From NCBI GenBank assembly GCA_963662265.2, contig CAXXHA010000011.1:128001-192000 (forward strand): a stretch of DNA of 64,000 nt, read 5' to 3'. The DNA comes from Spirochaetia bacterium. GTDB lineage: Bacteria > Spirochaetota > Spirochaetia > CADAEX01. A program made the translations under genes and the position numbers. Positions 41,946 through 51,996 of the stretch are shown piece by piece. The first letter of the stretch is position 1. The number at the start of each line of letters is the position of its first letter. Below the pieces are notes generated by a model. That model made no database searches. It was not told the DNA's origin and saw only the letters and a program-made list of their open reading frames with translations.

Positions 41946-43199
41946 ATGTTTCAGAACAATCAAGCACACAGACTTGTTAAAAATACAAATCAGAATAAAT
42001 ATGAAATTCTCAAAATAATTATTCAAAACAAAGGTATTTCCAGAAAAGAAATATCAGATATAACAGGACTTACAAGATCAGCAATTACCAGAAATGTTAA
42101 TTCATTAATAGAAGATGAAATAGTATGTGAAACTGAATCCAGGGAAACAGGAAATATAGGAAGAAAGGAAATAGGGCTTTCTGTATGTCCCGGGAAAAAT
42201 GCTGTCATTACACTTGACTGCGGACGTTTAAGTCTTGAATGCACTGTTTTTGATCTGACAGGAGAAGAGATATTCAATATCAAGGGACATAAAGGTCTTT
42301 TTTCTTTTAATAATTCTGATGAGGCAAGTGATGAAATAGAAATGCTTCTGAAAAAAGTTATAAGAAAGACAGAAGAAAGACATGAAAATATAATTGGAAT
42401 TGGAATATCTGTACTCAGTTCAGTTTACTATGATGATAAAGAGCACGTAAATAATGATTCAAGGGAAAATCACAGAACATATTCATTCGGATGGGTGCCG
42501 TGGGGATGGAATAAGCTGAAAGAGCGGCTTGAAGAAAATCTGCAAATGAATGTTTTTATAGAAAATCAGGCAAATATACTGGCACTTGGCGAGCTATGGT
42601 TCGGAAAAGGAAAGGGAACAGATAATTTTACTGTTGTTTCCTATGGAATGGGATTTGGAGGAGGCGCTGTTATAAACGGCACTCTGTTCAGAGGCGATCT
42701 CAATACTGTCGGAGAAATAGGCCATATCCCGATTATCAAGGATGGACCGGAGTGCTACTGCGGTCAGAAAGGGTGCCTTGAATCATATGTAATTCCTGAT
42801 AATATGATCAGGCAGTATTATTTAAAAAAAGGTGAACAAAAGGAGCTGCCTGCAGATTATTCTGAAATTGCAGCTGAACTTAAAAAACTATTTGATGATG
42901 CATATAACGGTGATCCTGACGCATCTGGAATTATAAGTGAATTTGCATGGTATATAAGCCTCGGCTGCATCATGCTTATCAACACTTTCGGAAGCAGGAA
43001 AATGATTTTTTCATTCTATGAACTCGATGAACTTGACAATTCACTTTTATATAATGAGATTAAAAAAAATATTGAAGAAAAAAGCTTTTATATTCTGCTT
43101 GATAAACTTGAAATTGCAAAAAGCAGACCTGGAAGAAAAAGTTACCTGCTGGGAGCTTTTTCACTTGTTGTAGATGACTATTTCTCCAACAGGATATAA
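41946..43199 (+). CDS. ROK family transcriptional regulator
   Basis: N-terminal HTH (ISRKEISDITGLT), ENQAN..ALGE.WFG, GEIGH, CYCGQKGCLE. Confidence 0.92.
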   Translation: MFQNNQAHRLVKNTNQNKYEILKIIIQNKGISRKEISDITGLTRSAITRNVNSLIEDEIVCETESRETGNIGRKEIGLSVCPGKNAVITLDCGRLSLECTVFDLTGEEIFNIKGHKGLFSFNNSDEASDEIEMLLKKVIRKTEERHENIIGIGISVLSSVYYDDKEHVNNDSRENHRTYSFGWVPWGWNKLKERLEENLQMNVFIENQANILALGELWFGKGKGTDNFTVVSYGMGFGGGAVINGTLFRGDLNTVGEIGHIPIIKDGPECYCGQKGCLESYVIPDNMIRQYYLKKGEQKELPADYSEIAAELKKLFDDAYNGDPDASGIISEFAWYISLGCIMLINTFGSRKMIFSFYELDELDNSLLYNEIKKNIEEKSFYILLDKLEIAKSRPGRKSYLLGAFSLVVDDYFSNRI

Positions 43200-43222
43200 A
43201 ATTAAGACTTTTTATGACATAA

Positions 43223-43255
43223 AAAAAGCATACCTGTTTATCAAGGCATGCTTTT
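43223..43255. terminator. Probable bidirectional terminator
   Basis: Imperfect stem AAAAGCATACCT / AGGCATGCTTTT between convergent genes. Confidence 0.5.
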
Positions 43256-43296
43256 CGAAAATATAAATTAAATTGTTTACTTGTTAAATACAGAAA

Positions 43297-44433
43297 TCAT
43301 GTATTAAAGTTTTTTGATGAAATATATTCCCTGTATTTTTCAGGATCTGATCTGAATGCAATAATATCCCTTTCCGGTTCAGAAAAAGCCTTGTTTAAAG
43401 CTCCTTCAGCTTCTTTTATGAGAATTGTGGGAGAAAGAATCCTTCCGTTACGGGAGCTTAAACCTGATTTTAAATTATCTGCCCCGAACAGCTGTTCAAG
43501 CCTGATGAGAAAAGCCTTAACTTCAGAAATGCCTGTTTCCAGTTCCTTGTCAGGCATGATAAGGGCCAGACCCTTTTTGCCGTATTCAAATGACAGGTCA
43601 AGTGAAAAGTAACTGTTTACAGTATCTATAAGGTCTTTTTTAATCTGTTTAAGTTTCACACCGCTGTTTTCAAAGCTGATAATTGCAAATGAAACATCAA
43701 GATCAAATGAAGCTGCTTTTTCAAGTTCGTATTTAAGCTTTTTTTCAAGATATTCTTCCCATACCAGGTTGTTGTCTCCTTTATCAGGTTTCGCTTTTTC
43801 CTGTTTTTCAGTTATATCTGATTCTTTTTCTTTCTTATTTGAATCAGTATCCCTGTATGTATTGACTGAAATAACAGTTTTATTTCTCTGAGGCATGTAT
43901 AGAATAAAAATTATTGAAACAATAATAAAAACCAGGAGAAAGATAATTGATATCTTTATTAACCTTATGATTTCAGAATCAGAGACTATTTTGTATAGAA
44001 TTTCTATGTTGAATGTGTCATGTCCGGGAATAATAAATGAATCATTGAGAACTGAATATGAAAACCCTGTGCCTGTATATTCCGGATAAGAAATATTTCC
44101 CATGCTGTCCGGTTCAGGTTTTGTTTTTATATGCTTTCTGCTCTTGATATATAAATATTTAACATTATTATTTTTATCGGAAATAATCACAGAATAAATT
44201 CTGTTGTTATCTGAAATAGCTTTTTTAACTCGGTTTTTAAACAGGTTAGAACTGAAACTTCCTTCTGCAAGATATACAGTTGTGAGGTCTGTTTTTAATT
44301 TATTAACTGTTTTTAAACCGACTTTTGAATTATTCTTATAAACTGAACCAAGATAGATTCCAGCTGTTAAAGTTATTAGAAGCAGTACTGATAAACTTAT
44401 TATCAGATATGTTTTAAATAAATTAGTTTTCAT
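43297..44433 (-). CDS. Two-TM protein with a periplasmic domain and a degenerate GGDEF-like cytoplasmic domain
   Basis: ATG at 44433; two TM segments; ELEKAA..D.S.AII, FEYGKKGLALIMPD, SGLSSR, LIKEAEGAL.KA. Confidence 0.6.
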   Translation of the reverse strand: MKTNLFKTYLIISLSVLLLITLTAGIYLGSVYKNNSKVGLKTVNKLKTDLTTVYLAEGSFSSNLFKNRVKKAISDNNRIYSVIISDKNNNVKYLYIKSRKHIKTKPEPDSMGNISYPEYTGTGFSYSVLNDSFIIPGHDTFNIEILYKIVSDSEIIRLIKISIIFLLVFIIVSIIFILYMPQRNKTVISVNTYRDTDSNKKEKESDITEKQEKAKPDKGDNNLVWEEYLEKKLKYELEKAASFDLDVSFAIISFENSGVKLKQIKKDLIDTVNSYFSLDLSFEYGKKGLALIMPDKELETGISEVKAFLIRLEQLFGADNLKSGLSSRNGRILSPTILIKEAEGALNKAFSEPERDIIAFRSDPEKYREYISSKNFNT

Positions 44434-44667
44434 AAGTTTATTATTACTTATAATTGAAAATTTGTGAACACTTTTTTTTATTCTGCATAAAAATGACAAC
44501 TTATGAAAATATAAAATATGTAGTATAATATAATATTTTTTGATAGATCATGGTTGAATTATTTTTATTTTATCCCTGCTGCCGGATGCAGTTTAAGGGA
44601 TTTTTATTATGTTATATAATATTCTTCTGTGAGTATTTTAACAGACAGATAAATAGTTGTTGTATAT

Positions 44668-46020
44668 ATGTTTAAATTAGACGGTATATCCGGTATCAAA
44701 AAAGTAAAATGGAAACACCTTAGGCCTGGAGTAATCTTCCTTTCAGGCGCTTCAGTGAATGGTTCTCCAATACCTGAACTGCTTGATTTCCCGGTAATCA
44801 CTGAACAGCTTTTATATGAACTCTTTAACAAATACAGATTTTTATCTGACAGGGAAGTTGTAATTGCAGAACCTGTATATAATTACAGCCCTTTCAGCCT
44901 GTCAAAAATCCTTAAAGAGGGAAATGAAAAAAGGGAACTGCTCAATCAGCTAAGGGCAAACCATGAAAAAGAAAAGAAAATGCTTCTTTTCGAGGCAGGT
45001 TTTGATGAATCTCCCGGCATCCCCCTGATAAATACAGATGTAGTTGACCGTGATTTCCTGATAAAAGATACTTATAATTCCTTTTCTTATCTTTACGGAC
45101 TGAACAACAGCCTTGATCTTATCCCCTCTGTATTTCATGATCTTGATCTTCAGATGTCTGTTGGGGACCTTTTAACAGGAAAGATAAACAGTAAATTCAA
45201 TATACCGGATGACAAAGAGGTACTTATTCATATTGCTGTTGATTTTTCAAAAAGCATGGATTCAATGGGAAAGCTTGATCTGGTGATCTCTTCAGTTGAA
45301 TACTTTTGTAATACAATTCCTCTGGTTTTTAAAAATACAAAAATTAAGCTGTATATTTTTTCTGACAGCTGTATACCTGCTGAACTTCCTTTCCGGTCGG
45401 GGGCAATCGAAAGAGGAGATACATCTTACAGCAGCTTTATGAAAAAAGTGCTGCATTTCCGTGATAAGGAAGTTCACAACAAGGTAATTGTTTTTACTGA
45501 CGGAATCCCCACAGACAGAACAGAAGCACTGAAAATCGGTGAACTTATTAAGAAAAATAGTGTAGATTATACCCAGATCATCTTTGATATTAAAGATGAA
45601 CAGAGACATGAAATAGAGTTTCCTTTCGGTAAAGAGAGGATTGATACTGCTGATAATGTTGTAACAGATGTAACTGATAAAATGATACAGGTGGAACTCG
45701 ATGATGAGGCGCTTGACAGGAAGATGAAGAGGATATTCAGCGAGTTTACAGAAATCGCCGAAGTCTGCGGAGGAAACCAGATAATCCTTAAAATAAACAA
45801 ATTTATAAATCTGGTTTCAGTCGAATGTTATGACAGGTATATGGGACTCCTTACCCTTGCAAGCAGGGAGGAGGCTGAGGCTCTGGAAAAGGAAAGCTCT
45901 GAAGAGGCTAAAAGAAGAGTAAAGAACTGGAACAACCCGGGGACGAAAAAACAGGTAGAGAGCAGCAGCTTTACCGGGACAGAAAAACAGGTTAAAAAGT
46001 GGAACTTTCCCAGGGTGTAA
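44668..46020 (+). CDS. vWA-domain protein
   Basis: MIDAS DxSxS (VDFSKSM), GDT, VIVFTDG. Confidence 0.75.
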   Translation: MFKLDGISGIKKVKWKHLRPGVIFLSGASVNGSPIPELLDFPVITEQLLYELFNKYRFLSDREVVIAEPVYNYSPFSLSKILKEGNEKRELLNQLRANHEKEKKMLLFEAGFDESPGIPLINTDVVDRDFLIKDTYNSFSYLYGLNNSLDLIPSVFHDLDLQMSVGDLLTGKINSKFNIPDDKEVLIHIAVDFSKSMDSMGKLDLVISSVEYFCNTIPLVFKNTKIKLYIFSDSCIPAELPFRSGAIERGDTSYSSFMKKVLHFRDKEVHNKVIVFTDGIPTDRTEALKIGELIKKNSVDYTQIIFDIKDEQRHEIEFPFGKERIDTADNVVTDVTDKMIQVELDDEALDRKMKRIFSEFTEIAEVCGGNQIILKINKFINLVSVECYDRYMGLLTLASREEAEALEKESSEEAKRRVKNWNNPGTKKQVESSSFTGTEKQVKKWNFPRV

Positions 46021-46168
46021 AGGCAGAATTTAACAAAAAAGCAGCAGGGCTGTGGTATATCAGCTCCGATTTTTGAATAAAACTGCTGAATAAATCATCT
46101 ATTTGACTAGTTGCACAATCTCATTTAACATATAAACAATTAAAATACCTTATAAAAAGGAATAAAAA

Positions 46169-47146
46169 ATGAGAATTAAAAATATATTTATGCTTATCCT
46201 GATTCTGATATCAGTATCCTCCTGGGCACTGTCTTCAGAAGATGCTTCAAAACAGGCAGTATCTGCATTTGAAAAGTCAGTTTCTTCAAGATCTGTTGCA
46301 GGTGTCGGAAACATAGTATACGGTGAAAAAAAGATAGGAAGCAGCTATTCCCTTTATCTTCAGGAACTTATCTCGGGAGAAATCCAGAAATCTGAAAGCT
46401 TTGAGCTTTCCGACAGGGGAAACCTTGATGATATCATGAAAGAGGTAAAGCTGGCACTGTCAGGTATGACAGATTCCGACACATCAATTGATATCGGGAT
46501 GCTTAAAGGGCTAGAATACATAGTTACAGGCAAATTCTTTGATAACGGAACTAATATCAAGCTCTTCCTTGACCTTGTAAAATCAGATACAGGTGTAAGT
46601 GTTTCAAAAATGCAGTATGTAATCAGCAAATCTACACTTCCGACCGGAGTAGAGCTCCTCCCTGAAAACTACAACGATGCAATGTTTGTGCTTGAAGAAC
46701 TTTCAGACCTTACAAAAAGCAGCGGAAAAGGTCTTGATGTAAGGGCCTGGAATGTACGGGGGGACGGAGGAATATACAGGGACGGAGAGGAGCTTCAGGT
46801 AAACTTTTTTGCAAACCGGGACTGTTTTATCAAGGTCTATCACATTGATGTAAATAAAAAGGCAAGCCTGATATTTCCCAATCCGTATTACTCTGACAAT
46901 CATATAAAAGGAAAGCAGATCGTTAAAATCCCTGACAGCAGATATCCTTTTAAATTCAAGCTTACATCTCCCTACGGATCTGAGTTTATCAAGGTTATAG
47001 CATCCACCACACAGTTCAAGGATATAGAGGATTCTTTTAAAGAACTCGGTACTGCATCAGGCGAGCTTCTTACTAGGGGATTGGTTGTAGAAGCAAAAGA
47101 AACACTTACAGATGAGGCGCTTTTCAGCTACACGATATTAAAGTAA
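46169..47146 (+). CDS. Exported protein: CsgG/FlgO-like N-domain plus DUF4384-like C-domain
   Basis: Signal peptide; DRGNLDDIMKE..L..SG....IG.L....YIVTG; YRDGE...NRDCFIKVYHID....LIFPN...PYGSEFIKVIAS. Confidence 0.72.
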   Translation: MRIKNIFMLILILISVSSWALSSEDASKQAVSAFEKSVSSRSVAGVGNIVYGEKKIGSSYSLYLQELISGEIQKSESFELSDRGNLDDIMKEVKLALSGMTDSDTSIDIGMLKGLEYIVTGKFFDNGTNIKLFLDLVKSDTGVSVSKMQYVISKSTLPTGVELLPENYNDAMFVLEELSDLTKSSGKGLDVRAWNVRGDGGIYRDGEELQVNFFANRDCFIKVYHIDVNKKASLIFPNPYYSDNHIKGKQIVKIPDSRYPFKFKLTSPYGSEFIKVIASTTQFKDIEDSFKELGTASGELLTRGLVVEAKETLTDEALFSYTILK

Positions 47147-47262
47147 TCAGGGAAGCGGTAAATAATTCTGTTGTTATAATAATTTTGCCTGAATAAGGCT
47201 GATAACAATATTACTTTTGGAAAATGAAAACTGAATATTAAAAAGTGAATCAGGAGTGGTTT

Positions 47263-49083
47263 ATGAGAAAAACACTTATTCTTGTCTTTATGATTTTTTT
47301 ATTTCTGACAAATATTATCTATGCACAGAACAAAACAGCCCTCGTCATAGGAAACGGAAGCTATAAGCATTTCTCCCCGTTAAGCAGTCCTAAAAATGAA
47401 GCTTCCGATATGAAGAATGCATTAACACGGCTCGGATTCGATGTAATTCTCCTTCTTGACGGGACACAGGACAGCATTCTGGATGCTGTTTCAGACTTTG
47501 AATATAAACTTAAAAACAGGGGCGGGATTGCATTCTTTCATTACGGTGGTCACGGAGTACAGGTTGAAGGAAGCAACTACATAATACCTGTAGATGCAGA
47601 TATTCCTGATGAGAGAAGGGTAAAGTCGCGTGCTGTTGATATTGATGAGATAATAAGCGCAATGGATGCATCTGGAAGTAAAACCAATATCGTAATACTT
47701 GATGCATGCCGTGATAATCCCCTTCCCGGAGCTTCCCGTTCAGGCACAAGAGGGCTTGCTGTAACAGGACACCAGCCTCCCGACTCAATTATTGTTTACT
47801 CTGCTGATGCCGGAACAACTGCGGAAGACGGCCTTTTTACACCGACACTATTAAAATACCTTGAAAATCCCGGAATGGAATTTACAGATATTCTCAGAAA
47901 GGTACGGAGAGATGTAAGAAAGAAATCCGGAGGAAGGCAGAGGACAGGGGACTATAACCAGCTTGAAAGCGAAATCTACCTTGCAGGGAGAACAGGAAGC
48001 AGCAGCTCTTCCAGTAATTCTTATGCCTCAGCCTCTTCAAAAAAGCCCAGTCTCAGCGTGGAGTCTGCAAAATACGGCTCAGTAAAGCTGATGGTAAAAG
48101 AGGCGGGAACATTATATCTTGACGGTGTAAATATGGGAAAAATAGCTGCAAACAGGTCTGCAACATTAAATAATATTGAGACGGGAAGTCATGCTATAGA
48201 GATAAGATATGCAGGAAATACAGAAAGGAAAACAGTGACTGTCTATGAAAACAGGACAGCAAGCCTTTCATTTTCTTATGAAAAGCCACGTTCTGTGACT
48301 CCAACATCCAGCAATAATACCGGCAAAAACATGGTCTTTGTTGAAGGCGGCACCTTCCAGATGGGCAGTAATTCCGGCGCCAGCCATGAAAAGCCTGTGC
48401 ACAGCGTGACAGTATCGAGTTTTTACATAGGAAAGTATGAGGTAACACAAAGTGAGTATAGCACTGTTACGGGAAAAGACCCTTCTTTTTTAAAGGGAGA
48501 CAGCCTTCCTGTAGAAATGGTTAGCTTTTATGATGCAGTTGAGTACTGTAATGAGTTAAGCAGAAGGGAAGGTCTTTCTACTGCCTATAATATTAACAAA
48601 AGCAGACAGGACTCAAATAACAAGGCCGAATATGATAGACTTAAATGGACAATAACAGTAAACTGGAATGCTGACGGATACAGGCTTCCGACAGAGGCTG
48701 AATGGGAATATGCAGCCCGAGGTGGAAAAATGAGCAGAGGATATAAATACTCAGGATCAAATAATTCAGGAGACGTTGCTTGGAATCGTGATAATTCAGG
48801 AGGGAAAAAACATCCGGTGGGCCAGAAATCAGCAAACGAACTTGGGATATATGATATGAGCGGGAATATCTGTGAGATGTGCTGGGATTGGTATGGAAAA
48901 ACATATTACTCCTCTTCAAGCCAGAGAGATCCACGGGGTCCTGCTTCGGGGGAGAACCGCGTGGTACGGGGAGGCGGAACGGGCTATGATATTTTTTCAC
49001 GGTCTGCCAGTCGCGGCTACTGCAGTCCAAGCGGTTTCGGCGACGGTATAGGCTTCCGCCTTGTTCGATCCGCAGTTCAGTAG
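47263..49083 (+). CDS. Exported caspase-family (peptidase C14)-PEGA-FGE/C-type-lectin protein; candidate DGR target
   Basis: RBS CAGGAG, ATG at 47263, signal peptide; ALVIGN, YGGHG, LDACR; PEGA-like GTLYLDG; MVFVEGGTFQMG, YRLPTEAEWEYAARGG, N.LGIYDMSGN, GFRLVR. Confidence 0.88.
   Translation: MRKTLILVFMIFLFLTNIIYAQNKTALVIGNGSYKHFSPLSSPKNEASDMKNALTRLGFDVILLLDGTQDSILDAVSDFEYKLKNRGGIAFFHYGGHGVQVEGSNYIIPVDADIPDERRVKSRAVDIDEIISAMDASGSKTNIVILDACRDNPLPGASRSGTRGLAVTGHQPPDSIIVYSADAGTTAEDGLFTPTLLKYLENPGMEFTDILRKVRRDVRKKSGGRQRTGDYNQLESEIYLAGRTGSSSSSSNSYASASSKKPSLSVESAKYGSVKLMVKEAGTLYLDGVNMGKIAANRSATLNNIETGSHAIEIRYAGNTERKTVTVYENRTASLSFSYEKPRSVTPTSSNNTGKNMVFVEGGTFQMGSNSGASHEKPVHSVTVSSFYIGKYEVTQSEYSTVTGKDPSFLKGDSLPVEMVSFYDAVEYCNELSRREGLSTAYNINKSRQDSNNKAEYDRLKWTITVNWNADGYRLPTEAEWEYAARGGKMSRGYKYSGSNNSGDVAWNRDNSGGKKHPVGQKSANELGIYDMSGNICEMCWDWYGKTYYSSSSQRDPRGPASGENRVVRGGGTGYDIFSRSASRGYCSPSGFGDGIGFRLVRSAVQ
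48931..49083 (+). other. Putative DGR variable region (VR) plus IMH-like end
   Basis: GC-rich; 7 of 7 Arg codons are CGN; 11 NNY codons at the positions where DGR templates typically carry AAY. Confidence 0.6.
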
Positions 49084-49144
49084 CAGCCGGGAGGAGGCCG
49101 GCTGTTCAGGGGAAGGAGCCGGAGGCAGCCCCCTGAAGCGGAGC
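49084..49144 (+). other. GC-rich hairpins immediately 3' of the putative VR
   Basis: CAGCCGG/CCGGCTG (49084-49104); TTCAGGGG/CCCCTGAA (49105-49137) enclosing GCC-GGA-GGC; GC-GGA-GC at 49138-49144; no T-tail. Confidence 0.7.
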
Positions 49145-49298
49145 TTAAGGGGGCATACTGTAGGCGGAGAAACCGGTAAAAAAATAATTATTATAAGCTG
49201 AATAAATTATTCAGAATTAACATAAAACTAATAAAAAGTTTCTGCAAATAATTTTAAAAAATATATATAATATCTTTAAAAATATCCGGGGAATGTTT

Positions 49299-51124
49299 AT
49301 GAGAAAAGTAATTATTTTTATCAGTTTATTATTGATATTAACAGCTGCTATCCTTCCTGCACAGGATAAATTTGCCCTGGTAATAGGAAACAGCAGCTAC
49401 AAAGGTCTGTCTCCCCTTAAAAATCCTGTAAATGATGCAACTGATATTGCATCAGCTTTAAGGAACATGGGATATAATGTTGAACTTCTCAAGAACAGCA
49501 GTCTGAGCGCCATGGAAACAGGGGTCCTTAATCTTAAAAACAGGTTATCTGTCAGCAAGCACAGTATCGGATTTGTATACTATGCAGGGCACGGAATTCA
49601 GTCAAACGGTGAGAATTTTCTTATTCCTTCAGATGCTGATATAAGGGATGAAGCTTTTTTAAAAACAAAGAGTCTATCAACACAGGTAATGATGGATCTT
49701 CTCGGGGTGCAAGAAATAAACTGAATGTAGTTGTGCTTGATGCGTGCCGTGATAATCCTTTTTCCTGGAACAGGAGCGGGAGCAGGGGGCTTTCTGTAGT
49801 CGGTTCACAGCCACCCGGAAGTATTATTGTATATGCTACAAGTGCAGGAAGTGTTGCCAGGGATGGTTCAGGCCGGAACGGCATATTCACAAAAGAGCTT
49901 CTTAAAAATATGAAAACTCCCGGTATTGATGTAAGCGAGGTATTCCGGCTGACAGGAGCCGGAGTAAGCCGGGTAACAAACGGTAAGCAGGTGCCTGCTG
50001 TATATAATCAGTATTTTGAAAAGATATCACTTTCTGCAGGAACTGTGTCAGGTTCAAATTTAAATAATTCATCTACCGGACCTAAAAATAATCCCGGATT
50101 TAAAGTTGATTCACTGAAATACGGTTCTGTAAAAATCAGTTCTATGGAAGCCGGAAGCGTATTTCTTGACGGAAGCAAAATCGGAGATCTTACTGCAAAC
50201 CGGTCTGCAACACTCACAGATATCCTGACCGGTTCACATAGCATTGAAATGAGGTATACAGACTATACTGAAAGAAAAAGTATTACTATATATGAAAACC
50301 GAACATCAAGTCTGTCATTCACATGGAGAAAATCAGCTTCAGGCAATACTGCTGCCCTGAATAAATCAGCAGCTGACAAACCACAGCTGGTTTATGTAAG
50401 CGGCGGAACATTTCAGATGGGAAGTAAATATAAATCATTTACAGGTCCTGTCCACAGTGTTACCCTGGGAAGTTTTTATATCAGCAAGTATGAAATAACT
50501 CAGGAACAGTATGAATCTGTTATGGGAAAGAATCCCTCAAATTTCAGGGGGAAGAATTTCCCGGTTGATAAGGTGAGCTGGTATGATGCTGTTGAATACT
50601 GCAATGCGCTGAGCAGAAGCGAAGGATTTAATCCTGCATATAACATAAAAAAAAGCAGCTTAATGACAAAAGACGGAAAACCTGATAAATCAAAATGGAC
50701 AGTAACATGCGACTGGAATGCAGATGGATACAGGCTGCCGACAGAAGCAGAATGGGAATATGCTGCCATTGGCGGGAATAAAAGCAGGGGATACAGTTAT
50801 TCAGGTTCAAATAACCCTTCTGAAGTTTCCTGGAATAAGACTACAGGCGGGAAAGTAAGTGCTGTAGGCATGAAAAAACCCAATGAACTGGGTATACATG
50901 ATATGAGCGGGAACCACTGGGAATGGGTCTGGGACTGGTACGGATCTTATTCAGCAGCAAATCAGACAAACCCCAAAGGACCTGAAACAGGTACAAAGAA
51001 AGTGGAGAGAGGCGGTGCATATTATGCCGATCCTGAACTATGCAATGTGAAGTACAGGCTTATGTGTCTGCCTACAGTGGAATACAGCAGTTTAACAATA
51101 AGGGTAGTAAGGCCTGCAAGATAA
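49299..51124 (+). CDS. Paralogous exported caspase-PEGA-FGE protein, split by a 1-nt deletion near 49704
   Basis: Signal peptide, ALVIGN, YAGHG in the first ORF; GARNKLNVVVLDACRDNP, PEGA and FGE motifs continue in the next frame. Confidence 0.85.
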
Positions 51125-51165
51125 AGATCTTCGCAAAATAGCGGAAAATAAAATATAATAGATAT

Positions 51166-51996
51166 ATGAAAGAAAAATTGAGAAAAAGGCGGCTTCCCGA
51201 AGGCTGGTATCCTGATACAGAAAAAGGGGTAACAGGGAGCATTAAAAGCTGGGAAAAAATAAATACAGAGACAAAGGCAAGATCTGTAGTTGTTCCCCAT
51301 GCCGGATGGTATTTTTCCGGTAAAATAGCATCAAATACTATCAGACTTCTTTCAGATGATTCATCTATCATAGTTGTTGCTGGCGGACATCTAAGCGAAT
51401 ATGATCCTGTGCTTGTGGCAGAAGAGGAAAGTTTTGAGACACCGCTGGGAAATATCAGGAATTCTCCCGATCTTCTTGATAAATTATTCGATTCCGAAAT
51501 AGTAACTGCTGACCGTGTCCCTGATAATACTGTGGAAATACAGCTCCCTTTTGTTAAGAACTTTTTTCCCTCAGCTGAAATAATCTGGCTGAGAATGCCT
51601 CCGGAAGCTGAAAAAGTCAGGAAAATATCATCAATTCTTACATCTTTTGAAAATGAATCAGGAAAGAAAATTTCTGTGATCGGATCTACTGATCTTACAC
51701 ATTATGGTATTAATTATGGATTCATGACACACGGCACAGGCGAAAAGGCTCTTTCATGGGTGAAAAATGTCAATGACAGGAATTATATAGACCTGCTTCT
51801 TGAATATAAAATTGATGAATCACTAACCCACAGTAAGAGTGAAAGATCTGCCTGTTCAGCAGGGGGAGCAGCTCTTGCAGCATCATTTGCCCGTGGATCA
51901 GGCTGCAGCGAAGCAGAGCTTTTATATTATTACACAAGTAATGATATATATCCGTCAGATTCTTTTGTTGGTTATGCCGGGATTATTTACTATTGA
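51166..51996 (+). CDS. amrB: AmmeMemoRadiSam system protein B (MEMO1 family)
   Basis: GWYP, VVPHAGWYFSG, FETPLG, DNTVEIQLPF, STDLTHYG, FVGYAG. Confidence 0.88.
   Translation: MKEKLRKRRLPEGWYPDTEKGVTGSIKSWEKINTETKARSVVVPHAGWYFSGKIASNTIRLLSDDSSIIVVAGGHLSEYDPVLVAEEESFETPLGNIRNSPDLLDKLFDSEIVTADRVPDNTVEIQLPFVKNFFPSAEIIWLRMPPEAEKVRKISSILTSFENESGKKISVIGSTDLTHYGINYGFMTHGTGEKALSWVKNVNDRNYIDLLLEYKIDESLTHSKSERSACSAGGAALAASFARGSGCSEAELLYYYTSNDIYPSDSFVGYAGIIYY

Noticed and set aside
48331-49083. True formylglycine-generating enzyme
   Set aside because: The catalytic CxxxxC core after RGGS is absent and no sulfatase is nearby; treated as an FGE-fold binding domain.
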